20,000 bases of DNA from an uncultured virus (IMG/VR IMGVR_UViG_3300005253_000330) (taxonomy: Duplodnaviria > Heunggongvirae > Uroviricota > Caudoviricetes), in IMG/VR virus record IMGVR_UViG_3300005253_000330, one strand, 5' to 3'. Numbering within the stretch: the stretch's first letter is position 1; each line of letters opens with the position of its first letter. Under the pieces are notes generated by a model. It worked only from the letters and a program-made list of their open reading frames with translations, ran no database searches and was not told where the DNA came from. The position numbers and the translations under genes are program-made. Shown piece after piece: positions 1-8,399 of the stretch.

Positions 1-2
1 AG

Positions 3-377
3 GTGCAAGAGTCGATTGAACAGGCTATGACCTATTTCTCGTTCTATACAGAGCACAGAGACCTGAAGCCGTTTGGTGGGCTGGTTGTCCAGATGGTCCA
101 ACAGGTGCAGACTAAGAACCCTGGTTGGAAAAAGGACCAGATTCTCGAAGAGGCGGCTACTAAGACAAGGGAGCTGCTGAGAATGGCCAGGGGTGAGAAG
201 GAGCTCTCAAAGGGTGATAAGCGTAGGCATAAGAGGAGAGAACCTGCGCTTTCATCTGGCCGTAGTTCCCGGAAACGGGTTAAGTCTGGCAAGAAGGAGC
301 TCTCAAAGGTCGCTGAGGATGTGTTGAAGATGACTGGGATGAGTGAAGAGGAGTTCAACGAGAAGCTGCGTTCATAA
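3..377 (+). CDS. Probable capsid scaffolding protein, C-terminal part (5' end outside window)
   Basis: The frame is open from the window edge. The sequence is highly charged and helical (FYTEHRDLKPF...KNPGW) with a basic low-complexity tail, and it lies upstream of the capsid gene. Function is inferred from position and composition. Confidence 0.55.
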   Translation: MQESIEQAMTYFSFYTEHRDLKPFGGLVVQMVQQVQTKNPGWKKDQILEEAATKTRELLRMARGEKELSKGDKRRHKRREPALSSGRSSRKRVKSGKKELSKVAEDVLKMTGMSEEEFNEKLRS

Positions 378-386
378 TATGAACGA
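368..386 (+). promoter_or_regulatory. Dyad motif copy 1: GCGTTCA-TAATA-TGAACGA
   Basis: The inverted repeat CGTTCAT-AAT-ATGAACG overlaps the TAA stop of the scaffold gene. The same motif recurs at 7922, 9286 and 16744. Confidence 0.7.
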
Positions 387-421
387 CGCTGTTAAATCAA
401 CCTTTAGGAGATGTGAAAAGA

Positions 422-769
422 ATGGGTGCTCGAACTAGGTTCTTTGAGGACTATCAGTCGAGTAGGGAGAGCAAGGACTTTGTCCTGAACTCGGATGCTA
501 GCATCACCCTATCTGCCTTTCAGCAGACATGCATCGCTAACACCACTGGCGCGACACATGACACTATCACTCTACCATCCATGGCTGACGCCAAGGGGAA
601 AATCTACTCTGTGTATTTCAAGACACAGGTTAGTACTGGTGATGTGATTGTGGTTGGAGCTGGTGATGAGGCGACTGCATACACTAAGACCATCACAGTC
701 GCAGATGGTTGGGTAGTTTGCTACTGCGACGGGTACAACTGGTACTCTCTGGACGAGAAACTATCGTAG
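422..769 (+). CDS. Small beta-rich virion protein (possible capsid decoration / head fibre domain)
   Basis: The TITLPS..A.GKIY...CDGYNW pattern resembles small beta domains seen in phage fibre/decoration proteins. SD TAGGAG at 405-410; start is ATG 422 or GTG 413. Confidence 0.5.
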   Translation: MGARTRFFEDYQSSRESKDFVLNSDASITLSAFQQTCIANTTGATHDTITLPSMADAKGKIYSVYFKTQVSTGDVIVVGAGDEATAYTKTITVADGWVVCYCDGYNWYSLDEKLS

Positions 770-780
770 GAGGATGAGTG

Positions 781-1140
781 ATGGATGCGTGGAAAATCTG
801 TCTAGTCAACTGCAAAGTTGATATAGAGCCTGCAATCGAGGGAAGGGAACCTGAGAGTAGCTTCGTGAATGTTCGAGCGCTGTGCTCACAGTTTCTCACG
901 CACCCTGTGCTTAACCTCAATGGACTTGAGCTTATCGAGAGTTGCAACCTTGCAATAAAGATTAAGAACGAGTCCAGTGACTATGTTCTGCTATCTGGTG
1001 CAGAATATAAGAAACTGAAGCATTGCGTCCTTGTCGCTGTGAAGCCACTGACTCACATTCACCTCCCCTTTGTGCAGAGGATAAGGGATGCTGAGAAGGT
1101 GGGGGTAACAGAGGATGAGGACATTGACAAGGAGGACTAG
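781..1140 (+). CDS. Hypothetical phage protein
   Basis: Preceded by an AGGAGG SD (GTG 778 / ATG 781) and tightly packed between its neighbours. No catalytic motif recognised. Confidence 0.65.
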   Translation: MDAWKICLVNCKVDIEPAIEGREPESSFVNVRALCSQFLTHPVLNLNGLELIESCNLAIKIKNESSDYVLLSGAEYKKLKHCVLVAVKPLTHIHLPFVQRIRDAEKVGVTEDEDIDKED

Positions 1141-1146
1141 GGAAGG

Positions 1147-2409
1147 ATGGCAACTTCTACAAAGACGCCGTTCTATGGTCAGAGAGGCACTGATGACATT
1201 CCAACAGCGCAAACTCTCAACGACTATAGGTCGGCAATAAGCGTTCTGACGCCTAACGGTACAGCCCCTTTGCAAGCGGTACTCGGACGGATTCCAAGTG
1301 AGGCGACTACCTCATATCGGTTTGAGTGGTTCGATGAAGTGATGCCAACTCGTAGTGTAAATGTCACTCAATATGCTAGCCTCGATGTCTACACCGATGC
1401 AGCGTTGAGTGACGACTACGATGCCGGCGACGATGTTGCCGCTGGCACTGTTGTCTATGTGACTGTTGGTAGTACGTTCATCGACGAGGTATGGCCGGGA
1501 AGTGAGGTCCTGCTGCGCGATGCAGACGACCACTCAAACGACATACCTGCTATCGTGGTATCGAAGGACACCGCAAACAACGCGCTGGCCGTGAGGACGT
1601 TGAAGGCAGATGGAACAGGTGTTATTGACCTGTCCAGCTGCGATACTGTAATGGCAATGAGTAGCGCGCATCCCGAAGGCTCTGAGCAGCCTCCTGGAAT
1701 CGCCTACGACCCAACTGATCTGTATAGCTACACACAGATTACCCGCACATCCGTCGAGATGACTCGTTCACAGATGGCCACTAAGGGCAAGACTGACATG
1801 GAGTGGGCGGTAATGCATAGTGAGAGGTGGAAAGGCACTGGCTCTAATGGAAAGCGCTTGACTACCACTCGTGGTATTGTCGAGGCTATCAAGGCCCATG
1901 ATTCCGCTAATTATAGGAATTGGGTACTTGATGGCTCCACTACATGGATAGCTGGAGGTGAGGCATGGCTAGACCAGTATGCTGAGCAGCTGTTCCGCTA
2001 TGGGCCTCGTGAGCGCCTTGTGTTTATGGGTTCGCTCGCGGCGCTTGCATGGAAGCAGCTTGCACAGGCATCGTCTACTATTACCGTCACCCCTGGTACA
2101 GTGGTTAAGTGGGGACTTAAGGTGCAGGAGTGGATGACTCCCTTTGGCACCATGTACTTCTATGTACACCCACTCATGACGGCTGAGCCCAGCGCTCGTC
2201 GCTCGATGTTGGTTATGGTACCTGAGTACCTGCGCATCCGCCACTTGACTGGTGGTGACACCATGTATCTTGACGACCCCATGAAGGACAAGGGTGGGTC
2301 AGGTTCAGTGGATGGCATCCAGGAAGGTTGGTTGACTGAGTGGGGACTGGAGTACCATCACACTGAGTGCATGGGATACTGGACCAGGCTTGGTGAGAAC
2401 GCAACATAG
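1147..2409 (+). CDS. Major capsid protein, HK97 fold, SU10/DUF5309-like
   Basis: 420 aa. Motifs PNGTAPL, FEWFDE, YTQITRTSVEMTRS, TTTRGI, TPFGTMYFYVHPLM and WLTEWGLEYHH are typical of this MCP group. Lies between the scaffold and adaptor genes and is followed by a strong hairpin. Confidence 0.88.
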   Translation: MATSTKTPFYGQRGTDDIPTAQTLNDYRSAISVLTPNGTAPLQAVLGRIPSEATTSYRFEWFDEVMPTRSVNVTQYASLDVYTDAALSDDYDAGDDVAAGTVVYVTVGSTFIDEVWPGSEVLLRDADDHSNDIPAIVVSKDTANNALAVRTLKADGTGVIDLSSCDTVMAMSSAHPEGSEQPPGIAYDPTDLYSYTQITRTSVEMTRSQMATKGKTDMEWAVMHSERWKGTGSNGKRLTTTRGIVEAIKAHDSANYRNWVLDGSTTWIAGGEAWLDQYAEQLFRYGPRERLVFMGSLAALAWKQLAQASSTITVTPGTVVKWGLKVQEWMTPFGTMYFYVHPLMTAEPSARRSMLVMVPEYLRIRHLTGGDTMYLDDPMKDKGGSGSVDGIQEGWLTEWGLEYHHTECMGYWTRLGENAT

Positions 2410-2417
2410 TTGATATG

Positions 2418-2447
2418 GGGGAGGGAGGTCAGAGGGCCTCCCTCCCC
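2418..2447 (+). terminator. GC-rich stem-loop after the capsid gene (weak terminator or mRNA-stabilising hairpin)
   Basis: GGGGAGGGAGG (2418-2428) pairs perfectly with CCTCCCTCCCC (2437-2447). It is followed only by TT, so there is no full U-tract. Confidence 0.6.
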
Positions 2448-2459
2448 TTGGAGGCTATC

Positions 2460-3566
2460 ATGCCGTATGGAGATATAAAGACGCTCTTCGTAATGACCAC
2501 TGGTCGTAGTGACCTGGTTGCGACTGGTAATCTCTGGAAGCTTGCGTACTTCATCAATGCTGGACAGCGGTGGCTTGATAGGAAGGCTATTAAGAGGGAC
2601 CAATTGCAGCGGTATATGAGGGATGTAGCTGCTGGTCAGAAGCTTGTTGAGTTGTCTGATGTTCGGTTGATTAAGACTGTATTCATAGTGGACGGTCAGG
2701 GTGATGAGAGTGAGCTTGAGAGGTTTGACCCACTTGACTTCAAGATGAAGTACGCTAATATTGACGATGAGGATACAGGGACTCCAATTGACTTCTGCAT
2801 TAACATATCTAGAGACCAGGGACTGGTGATTGGAGTAGCGGTTACAGAGTCTGTAAATGTAGGTGACTTTGCGACTGACACTAAGTGGACGAAGGGTACT
2901 GGGTGGGCGATAGCTGCTGGTGTGGCTGTGAAGACTGGCACTAATTGGAGTGAACTATCACAAGTTACCGGCGACCAGAATGAGGCTATACTTGACGGCT
3001 CTCCATATCGTGTTCAGTACACCGTCACTGGATTGACTGATGGTGACTTTATTCGAGTTCGACTTGGTGAGACTTATGGGCAGAGGCGTGAAACAAATGG
3101 GACTTTTATTGAGGATATAGTGGCTAGGGGAACCACTCCGTCGATAGTATTCGATGGTGCAGCTGATGGATTTGCTGTGACACTGGATAATGTGAGTGTG
3201 AAGAAGTCGACATACGCCAACGCTGGGCGTACAGTTGCAGAAGGTGGGTATCAGAGCTGGCCAGCTCACATGTTGAGGAGGCACTTCGACTCAATTGCAC
3301 TTGGCCCAGTTCCAGACTCTACATACACACTTGAGGTTATTGGAAGGTTTTATGAGCCTAGGGTGATAGGTGATTGGGACTCAACTTATTGGACAGAGGA
3401 AGAGCCAAACCTGTTAGTGTGGGCAGCTGCATATATTATGGAGATTACATATAGGAATAGCGAGGGGGCCGATGACTGGGAGGCGAAGATAGACAAATTC
3501 CTTGGGGACATTGAGCGTGACAAAGTTGCTGAGGAAGTTGTAGGCATTAACAAGATGAAGGGGTAG
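2460..3566 (+). CDS. Head-tail adaptor (tail tubular protein A-like) with an inserted ~120-aa jelly-roll/CBM-like domain
   Basis: ATG 2460 follows GGAGG (2450-2454). Adaptor-like motifs YFINAGQRWLDR, GTP..F, LGPVPDSTYTLEV and YWTEEEPNLLVWAA. The inserted domain is at about 2844-3209. Confidence 0.72.
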   Translation: MPYGDIKTLFVMTTGRSDLVATGNLWKLAYFINAGQRWLDRKAIKRDQLQRYMRDVAAGQKLVELSDVRLIKTVFIVDGQGDESELERFDPLDFKMKYANIDDEDTGTPIDFCINISRDQGLVIGVAVTESVNVGDFATDTKWTKGTGWAIAAGVAVKTGTNWSELSQVTGDQNEAILDGSPYRVQYTVTGLTDGDFIRVRLGETYGQRRETNGTFIEDIVARGTTPSIVFDGAADGFAVTLDNVSVKKSTYANAGRTVAEGGYQSWPAHMLRRHFDSIALGPVPDSTYTLEVIGRFYEPRVIGDWDSTYWTEEEPNLLVWAAAYIMEITYRNSEGADDWEAKIDKFLGDIERDKVAEEVVGINKMKG

Positions 3567-3570
3567 TACA

Positions 3571-4005
3571 GTGCTTCAGAGAGGTAAGAGGATATTTAGG
3601 TCACCTAAGCATAGGGCTAGGTACGTGGCCGTCGCTGTACCACCTGTACCAGTTAGTTCATATGTGGATGAGATTCCACCTGATGGGGTGGTCTGTCGGT
3701 TTCAGGTTCCTCGTGATGGTCAGATTGGCCCTCTGCTGCTCCATGCCGAAGTCGCCCCATCAGGTGCTAATAGGGCTAGTATGAAAGTGGAGCTTATTCG
3801 CAGCAGTGGAACTGTGACTAGAGAGTTCCAATTCAACCCTGGTGACAATGAGATAGCTGGACCTGTGGCAGTGATTAAGGGGGATAGGGTTGCTGTATCG
3901 ATTGTGAAGCAAAGTCCAACAGATGTAGTGACTGGGATTTGGGTAACGCTTACTGTGTACCCAACACTGACACACGCTGATGTTAAGAAGTTTGGTGAGA
4001 CCTAA
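3571..4005 (+). CDS. Hypothetical virion-module protein (beta-rich)
   Basis: 144-aa ORF with a GTG start, coupled to the next gene by a TAATG overlap. Confidence 0.6.
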   Translation: MLQRGKRIFRSPKHRARYVAVAVPPVPVSSYVDEIPPDGVVCRFQVPRDGQIGPLLLHAEVAPSGANRASMKVELIRSSGTVTREFQFNPGDNEIAGPVAVIKGDRVAVSIVKQSPTDVVTGIWVTLTVYPTLTHADVKKFGET

Positions 4006-5975
4006 TGCCTGACAATGTGTTCACTATAAAAGATGGGTTGAGTAGGGGCTTGCGGGCCTATCAACACGCTCCTAGGAATACACAGGGGTTTCTCACACTA
4101 TCTAACATGAAGCCGGTGGAGGGTGGATTTGTTCCATACACTCCACTCACATTGCCGGTATCTCAGGCGAAGCTAAACTCTGCAAACATAGCCACTGCAT
4201 TCCCGTTTCCACAGATATTCAAGGGTAGGAATATTACACTGTTGGTGGGTAAGACCACTGCTGGCCATTCAGAGGGTGCTGGAAAGAATAAGATTTTTGA
4301 AGTTGACGAGAGTGACTGGACGCTAACTGAGTTGGGGAACTATGAAACTATTCCAACCCCTGAGACTGTGACTGATGGGGATATGTCTGCTGACACAAGC
4401 TGGGTTGTGGGTACAAACTGGGTGCTGGGTGTAGGTAAGTTGACACATAGTAGTGGTAGCACAGCTAGCACAATACAGAATTATGTAGACCAGGTAGGTG
4501 GTGCGGAGTTGGTTCTGACAAACTTGTACTACGTATCATTTGAGGTTACTGCATACATAGGTGGCTCTGTATCGGTGCTTGCTGGTAGTGGCTCATCCCC
4601 TACAGCTAGGAGTGCTGTTGGACACTATACAGAGATACTAACATGTAGTGGTGATACGAAGGTATACATAACACCAAGCAACGACTTTAATGGTACTGTG
4701 GACAATGTTAGTATAAGGAAGTTGGTGGCTAAGGATATACCTAATGGTGGAGTGTGGCACCTGCTTGAGACTGACGATGGATGGGTGCTACTCAATGGCG
4801 CTGCAACTGTATGGAACTTTGGTACACTACTTACTTCGTCATCTCCAGTTATTACAGGTCCACTTGTCTGTGTGGTTGACACGTTGAATATAATGAGTAG
4901 TGGATGCTGGCATAGGGGTAGGATGGTAATGGGTGGGTTTGTGCCTAGCAGTGCTGGCAATAAGACTACTTGGGAGAACAATTGGCTGCAGAACTTTTTG
5001 ACTATAATTGACGAGTGGCCGCCGGCGTTTAAGAAGACTGCGCCAATTGCAGGTAACATGGTGGCCTGGACAACCATTGGACAGTCTGACATATTTTGGC
5101 TTATGCTTGGAACGGCTCAGGTTACTGGGTTTGTGGAGGGCGCTCATGACTCGAATAACCCACTATTCCTCGACCAGTTGAATAGGAATGAAGGTGGGTG
5201 GATGGCTATGCCTTGGCAGGGTGATGTACTGTGTACAAAGCCATTAGGTGATAATGTGGTAGTATATGGAGAGGACGGCATATCAGCGCTATTTCTAATC
5301 AGTGGTCCTGTCCCTACATATGGACTTAAGCACCTCGTTGACTTTGGTATTGCTGATAGGGGGTCAGTAGGTGGCGATGATAATAAGCACATCTTTGTAT
5401 CGGAGCTTGGAGATGTGTGGCAGATAACTGCTGACCTATCTATGAAGAGGCTTGGGTATAAGGAGTTTGCAGTTGATTTAGTTGGGAATGATATAATCAT
5501 ATCTCATGACCAGATGGAGGATGAGCACTTTATATCTGATTCAAGTCAGTGTTTTACATTGACTAGAACGGGAATGTCGAATGGACCTGAGATAGTAATG
5601 TCACTGTTCATTGCTGACTCTGTTACATATGGTATGAAGGTTGACCTTGGTGACGATGAGTTCAATGCAGAGACCGATACTATCGACATGGGGAATAGGA
5701 ATGTAAAGACAATAACTGGAGTTGAAGTTGGCTGCACTGACAGTAGACTGACTATGCAGATGTCAGTTGGACTGCGGTATGGGACTGAGTATCTGTACCA
5801 GGATTGGTTCACTGCTAGAGCAAACAACTTTATCCCAACAATGCAGTCTGGTATAGAGTTTAGGTTGAAGATTAAGGCCGACGACTACGCAGACCTTGAT
5901 TCAATTGACTACATAAACGTGTATTGGAGAGATGGTGGCAAGGCTAATCTTGGAGTCACCATTATTGGAGATTGA
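4005..5975 (+). CDS. Tail nozzle / tail tubular protein B-like, paralog 1, with inserted CBM-like domain
   Basis: 656 aa, beta-rich with propeller-like repeats (LGDNVVVYGEDGIS, HIFVSELGDVW) and C-terminal DMGNRNVKTI...GIEFRLKI. Sits downstream of the adaptor, as in podoviruses. Confidence 0.65.
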   Translation: MPDNVFTIKDGLSRGLRAYQHAPRNTQGFLTLSNMKPVEGGFVPYTPLTLPVSQAKLNSANIATAFPFPQIFKGRNITLLVGKTTAGHSEGAGKNKIFEVDESDWTLTELGNYETIPTPETVTDGDMSADTSWVVGTNWVLGVGKLTHSSGSTASTIQNYVDQVGGAELVLTNLYYVSFEVTAYIGGSVSVLAGSGSSPTARSAVGHYTEILTCSGDTKVYITPSNDFNGTVDNVSIRKLVAKDIPNGGVWHLLETDDGWVLLNGAATVWNFGTLLTSSSPVITGPLVCVVDTLNIMSSGCWHRGRMVMGGFVPSSAGNKTTWENNWLQNFLTIIDEWPPAFKKTAPIAGNMVAWTTIGQSDIFWLMLGTAQVTGFVEGAHDSNNPLFLDQLNRNEGGWMAMPWQGDVLCTKPLGDNVVVYGEDGISALFLISGPVPTYGLKHLVDFGIADRGSVGGDDNKHIFVSELGDVWQITADLSMKRLGYKEFAVDLVGNDIIISHDQMEDEHFISDSSQCFTLTRTGMSNGPEIVMSLFIADSVTYGMKVDLGDDEFNAETDTIDMGNRNVKTITGVEVGCTDSRLTMQMSVGLRYGTEYLYQDWFTARANNFIPTMQSGIEFRLKIKADDYADLDSIDYINVYWRDGGKANLGVTIIGD

Positions 5976-5977
5976 AT

Positions 5978-7915
5978 GTGAGGCAGTTCTCGCTACTAAT
6001 AGAGGATGCGTTTAGGCGCGGCATATCTCCTGACACTAGGTTAGGTGTCAATATGTCGTACCTGTCTGCGCTTGAGCACTGTAGGTCATCTGAGTTTGGC
6101 GTTATAGCTCATGATAATATAAGCCCTTTCACCCATGTCGCTGTTCAGTTCCCGAACCCTATGCTATTCAAGGGTAGGTATAAAACACTACTGTTGGATG
6201 ACGGCGACTTGATTGAGGTGGTTGACAGTGGGGCTGTCAGTGGCTGGACATATGTGTACCCAGATGTGCATAGGTGTAGGACTCGGTACGATTTGGAGGC
6301 GATTACAAACGGTACCTTCGATGCTGACAGTGATTGGCAGAAAGGTGCTGGATGGACTATAGCAGGTGGTGAGGCAGCTCATGCTGCTGGCTCTGCTAGT
6401 GACCTCACTCAGCTTGAAGCTGACCAGGTGAGTGGGAAGGAGTTGACAGATGGTACAGTGTATCGAGTTCGATTCATTGTCTCAGGAGCAACGGCAGGAA
6501 CTATTACACCTAAGTGTGGAAGTGGCGGCGCAGGAACCAGTGTATCAAATAATCAAGCCCATACTCAGTACCTCACTTGTTCCGGCTCCGTTGACTTTAT
6601 ACTATCTGCTAGTTCCACGTTCGATGGGTCTATCACTACCGTCTCTGTTACACGAGTAGTACCTAACCTATCTACAGCAAACTTTCCATGGACATTCGCC
6701 GACTTTGGGGATTCATTCTTCTTTGCTAATGGTGTGGACATGATATTTAGAGTTCCATTCTTTAATAGTATAGGTTACACCACTGACGAGGCTGGCATAG
6801 CTCCACAGACTGTGTGCAACTACCATGATAGATTGATAATGGGGGGATTTGATACTACACACAGTTGGTTCGCGACTACTAGGTGGGACAAGGTGTGGGA
6901 TGAGTGGGTTCGAGTTACACTTGATTATACACAGATAAACAAGGTGATTGGCTCGAATGTACTGTTCTGGGGCAATGAGAATGGTGGGGATTATAAGTAT
7001 CCATTCATTGAGGACTTGTGTGTCTTCGGGATACCTGACATTGATATCTTTGATATGCTTGTAGATATTATTCTAGCTAATGTTAGGTCAGGTAGGATGG
7101 GCTTTGCGGAGATGCCGTTTAAGGAGAGTATTAGGGCAGTCAAGCAGCTTGGCGAGGAGTTGATTGTCTATGGGGATGATGGTATAGCTAAGATTAGAGA
7201 TACTGGAAACCCGGATAGGCAGTTTGTGACAGAGAAGGTGATTGATATTGGGATTAGTGGGAATAGGTGTGTGACTGGAACTAAGGATGTACATTACTTC
7301 TTGGACCACGAGGTTAACCTATGGAGGTATCAAGCTGGTGGAGTTCCAGAGTACATTGGGTATGGAACTCAGATGGTTTCAGATGGCAATTATCTATATG
7401 CATTGATGAACTATGATGAACGTGAGCGTGGTGTGTATATATCTATACCTACTGTCTCGTGGGGAATAACCACTTATGTGTTCTTCGAGAAGTATGGAAT
7501 GAGTACACATCACCATCTCATAAAGTCACTATTCCGTAGGGGTGGTGAGCTTGTGTCAATTGCAACTGGCAACACTCTACCAAATGCGTCACCTGTCATT
7601 GTATCCCCTCCATTTAATATGGGGAATCGAGCTATTAAAGTCATAGATACTGTGGAGACTACATTCTCTAATATATCAGACTTGAGTGTTGCCATCGACT
7701 ACAGGTACGATAGTAACGATGCATGGACTACAAGTGTTGCTATTACTGTAAATGATGAGGGTGTGTCTACTCATGTAGTTGGTGGCATTGAGTTTAGATT
7801 GAGGTTTGCCGGAACATTTACAGCATTGTCTAGGTTGAGCGTCGCACTATTGAGGTACAAGAAAGTTGACAACAGAGCGATTAGAGGAATATCCCCCGAA
7901 CCTAGAAGCCTGTGA
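5978..7915 (+). CDS. Tail nozzle / tail tubular protein B-like, paralog 2, with inserted CBM-like domain
   Basis: GTG 5978 lies 7 nt after GGAG (the ORF track uses TTG 5972). Colinear similarity to 4005-5975: FPNPMLFKGR, LGEELIVYGDDGIA, NMGNRAIK, GIEFRLRF. Confidence 0.65.
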   Translation: MRQFSLLIEDAFRRGISPDTRLGVNMSYLSALEHCRSSEFGVIAHDNISPFTHVAVQFPNPMLFKGRYKTLLLDDGDLIEVVDSGAVSGWTYVYPDVHRCRTRYDLEAITNGTFDADSDWQKGAGWTIAGGEAAHAAGSASDLTQLEADQVSGKELTDGTVYRVRFIVSGATAGTITPKCGSGGAGTSVSNNQAHTQYLTCSGSVDFILSASSTFDGSITTVSVTRVVPNLSTANFPWTFADFGDSFFFANGVDMIFRVPFFNSIGYTTDEAGIAPQTVCNYHDRLIMGGFDTTHSWFATTRWDKVWDEWVRVTLDYTQINKVIGSNVLFWGNENGGDYKYPFIEDLCVFGIPDIDIFDMLVDIILANVRSGRMGFAEMPFKESIRAVKQLGEELIVYGDDGIAKIRDTGNPDRQFVTEKVIDIGISGNRCVTGTKDVHYFLDHEVNLWRYQAGGVPEYIGYGTQMVSDGNYLYALMNYDERERGVYISIPTVSWGITTYVFFEKYGMSTHHHLIKSLFRRGGELVSIATGNTLPNASPVIVSPPFNMGNRAIKVIDTVETTFSNISDLSVAIDYRYDSNDAWTTSVAITVNDEGVSTHVVGGIEFRLRFAGTFTALSRLSVALLRYKKVDNRAIRGISPEPRSL

Positions 7916-7921
7916 GAAGTT

Positions 7922-7940
7922 GCGTTCACAAAATGAACAC
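7922..7940 (+). promoter_or_regulatory. Dyad motif copy 2: GCGTTCA-CAAAA-TGAACAC
   Basis: Begins just after the TGA stop at 7915. Confidence 0.65.
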
Positions 7941-7952
7941 GACTATCGTGGG

Positions 7953-8399
7953 TTGATTAGGCTAGAGTCAAGGCAGGTAACAGAGTTTTGGGAGACACTA
8001 TCTCCATATATAGCTGAAGCGCTACCACAGTATGTCCGCTTGACTGGTGACAGTTTGAATAATATACTGGCGGCTGTGCTTGCAGGCAAGGCTCAGTGTT
8101 GGGTCTCGTATGGGATTGAGGAGAAGTCCCTTGTACTGTATGGTACTGTGATAACGACTATAGTCGTCGATGAGTTGAGTATGACGCGGACACTCCTCAT
8201 CTATGCGTTGACTGGCACTCAAGATTATCTGGATGACTCTATCTACGTGAGGGGTATACAGTCACTGATGAAGTTCGCAAAGTCGGAGGGCTGTCAGTTT
8301 CTTGTAGCCTACTCAAATGTGGATAGGTTAGTTAGGTTAGCCACTAGTAGGCTTGACGCTAGTACTCCTCAAGTCCTTATAACCTGGGAGATTGAATAA
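7953..8399 (+). CDS. GNAT-fold-like protein at the T7 gp13 / P22 gp14-like position
   Basis: Pattern W..LSPYIAEAL...QCW...GTVITTI...LLIYALTG...FAKSEGC..LVAYS is typical of such proteins. Lies between the nozzle and ejection genes. Start uncertain (TTG 7953 or TTG 7866). Confidence 0.55.
   Translation: MIRLESRQVTEFWETLSPYIAEALPQYVRLTGDSLNNILAAVLAGKAQCWVSYGIEEKSLVLYGTVITTIVVDELSMTRTLLIYALTGTQDYLDDSIYVRGIQSLMKFAKSEGCQFLVAYSNVDRLVRLATSRLDASTPQVLITWEIE

Noticed and set aside
6143..6157. GTTC-N7-GAAC match (GTTCAGTTCCCGAAC) inside nozzle paralog 2
   Set aside because: Lacks the T of TGAAC, the AT-rich spacer and the GC flank, and lies mid-gene; compatible with chance.
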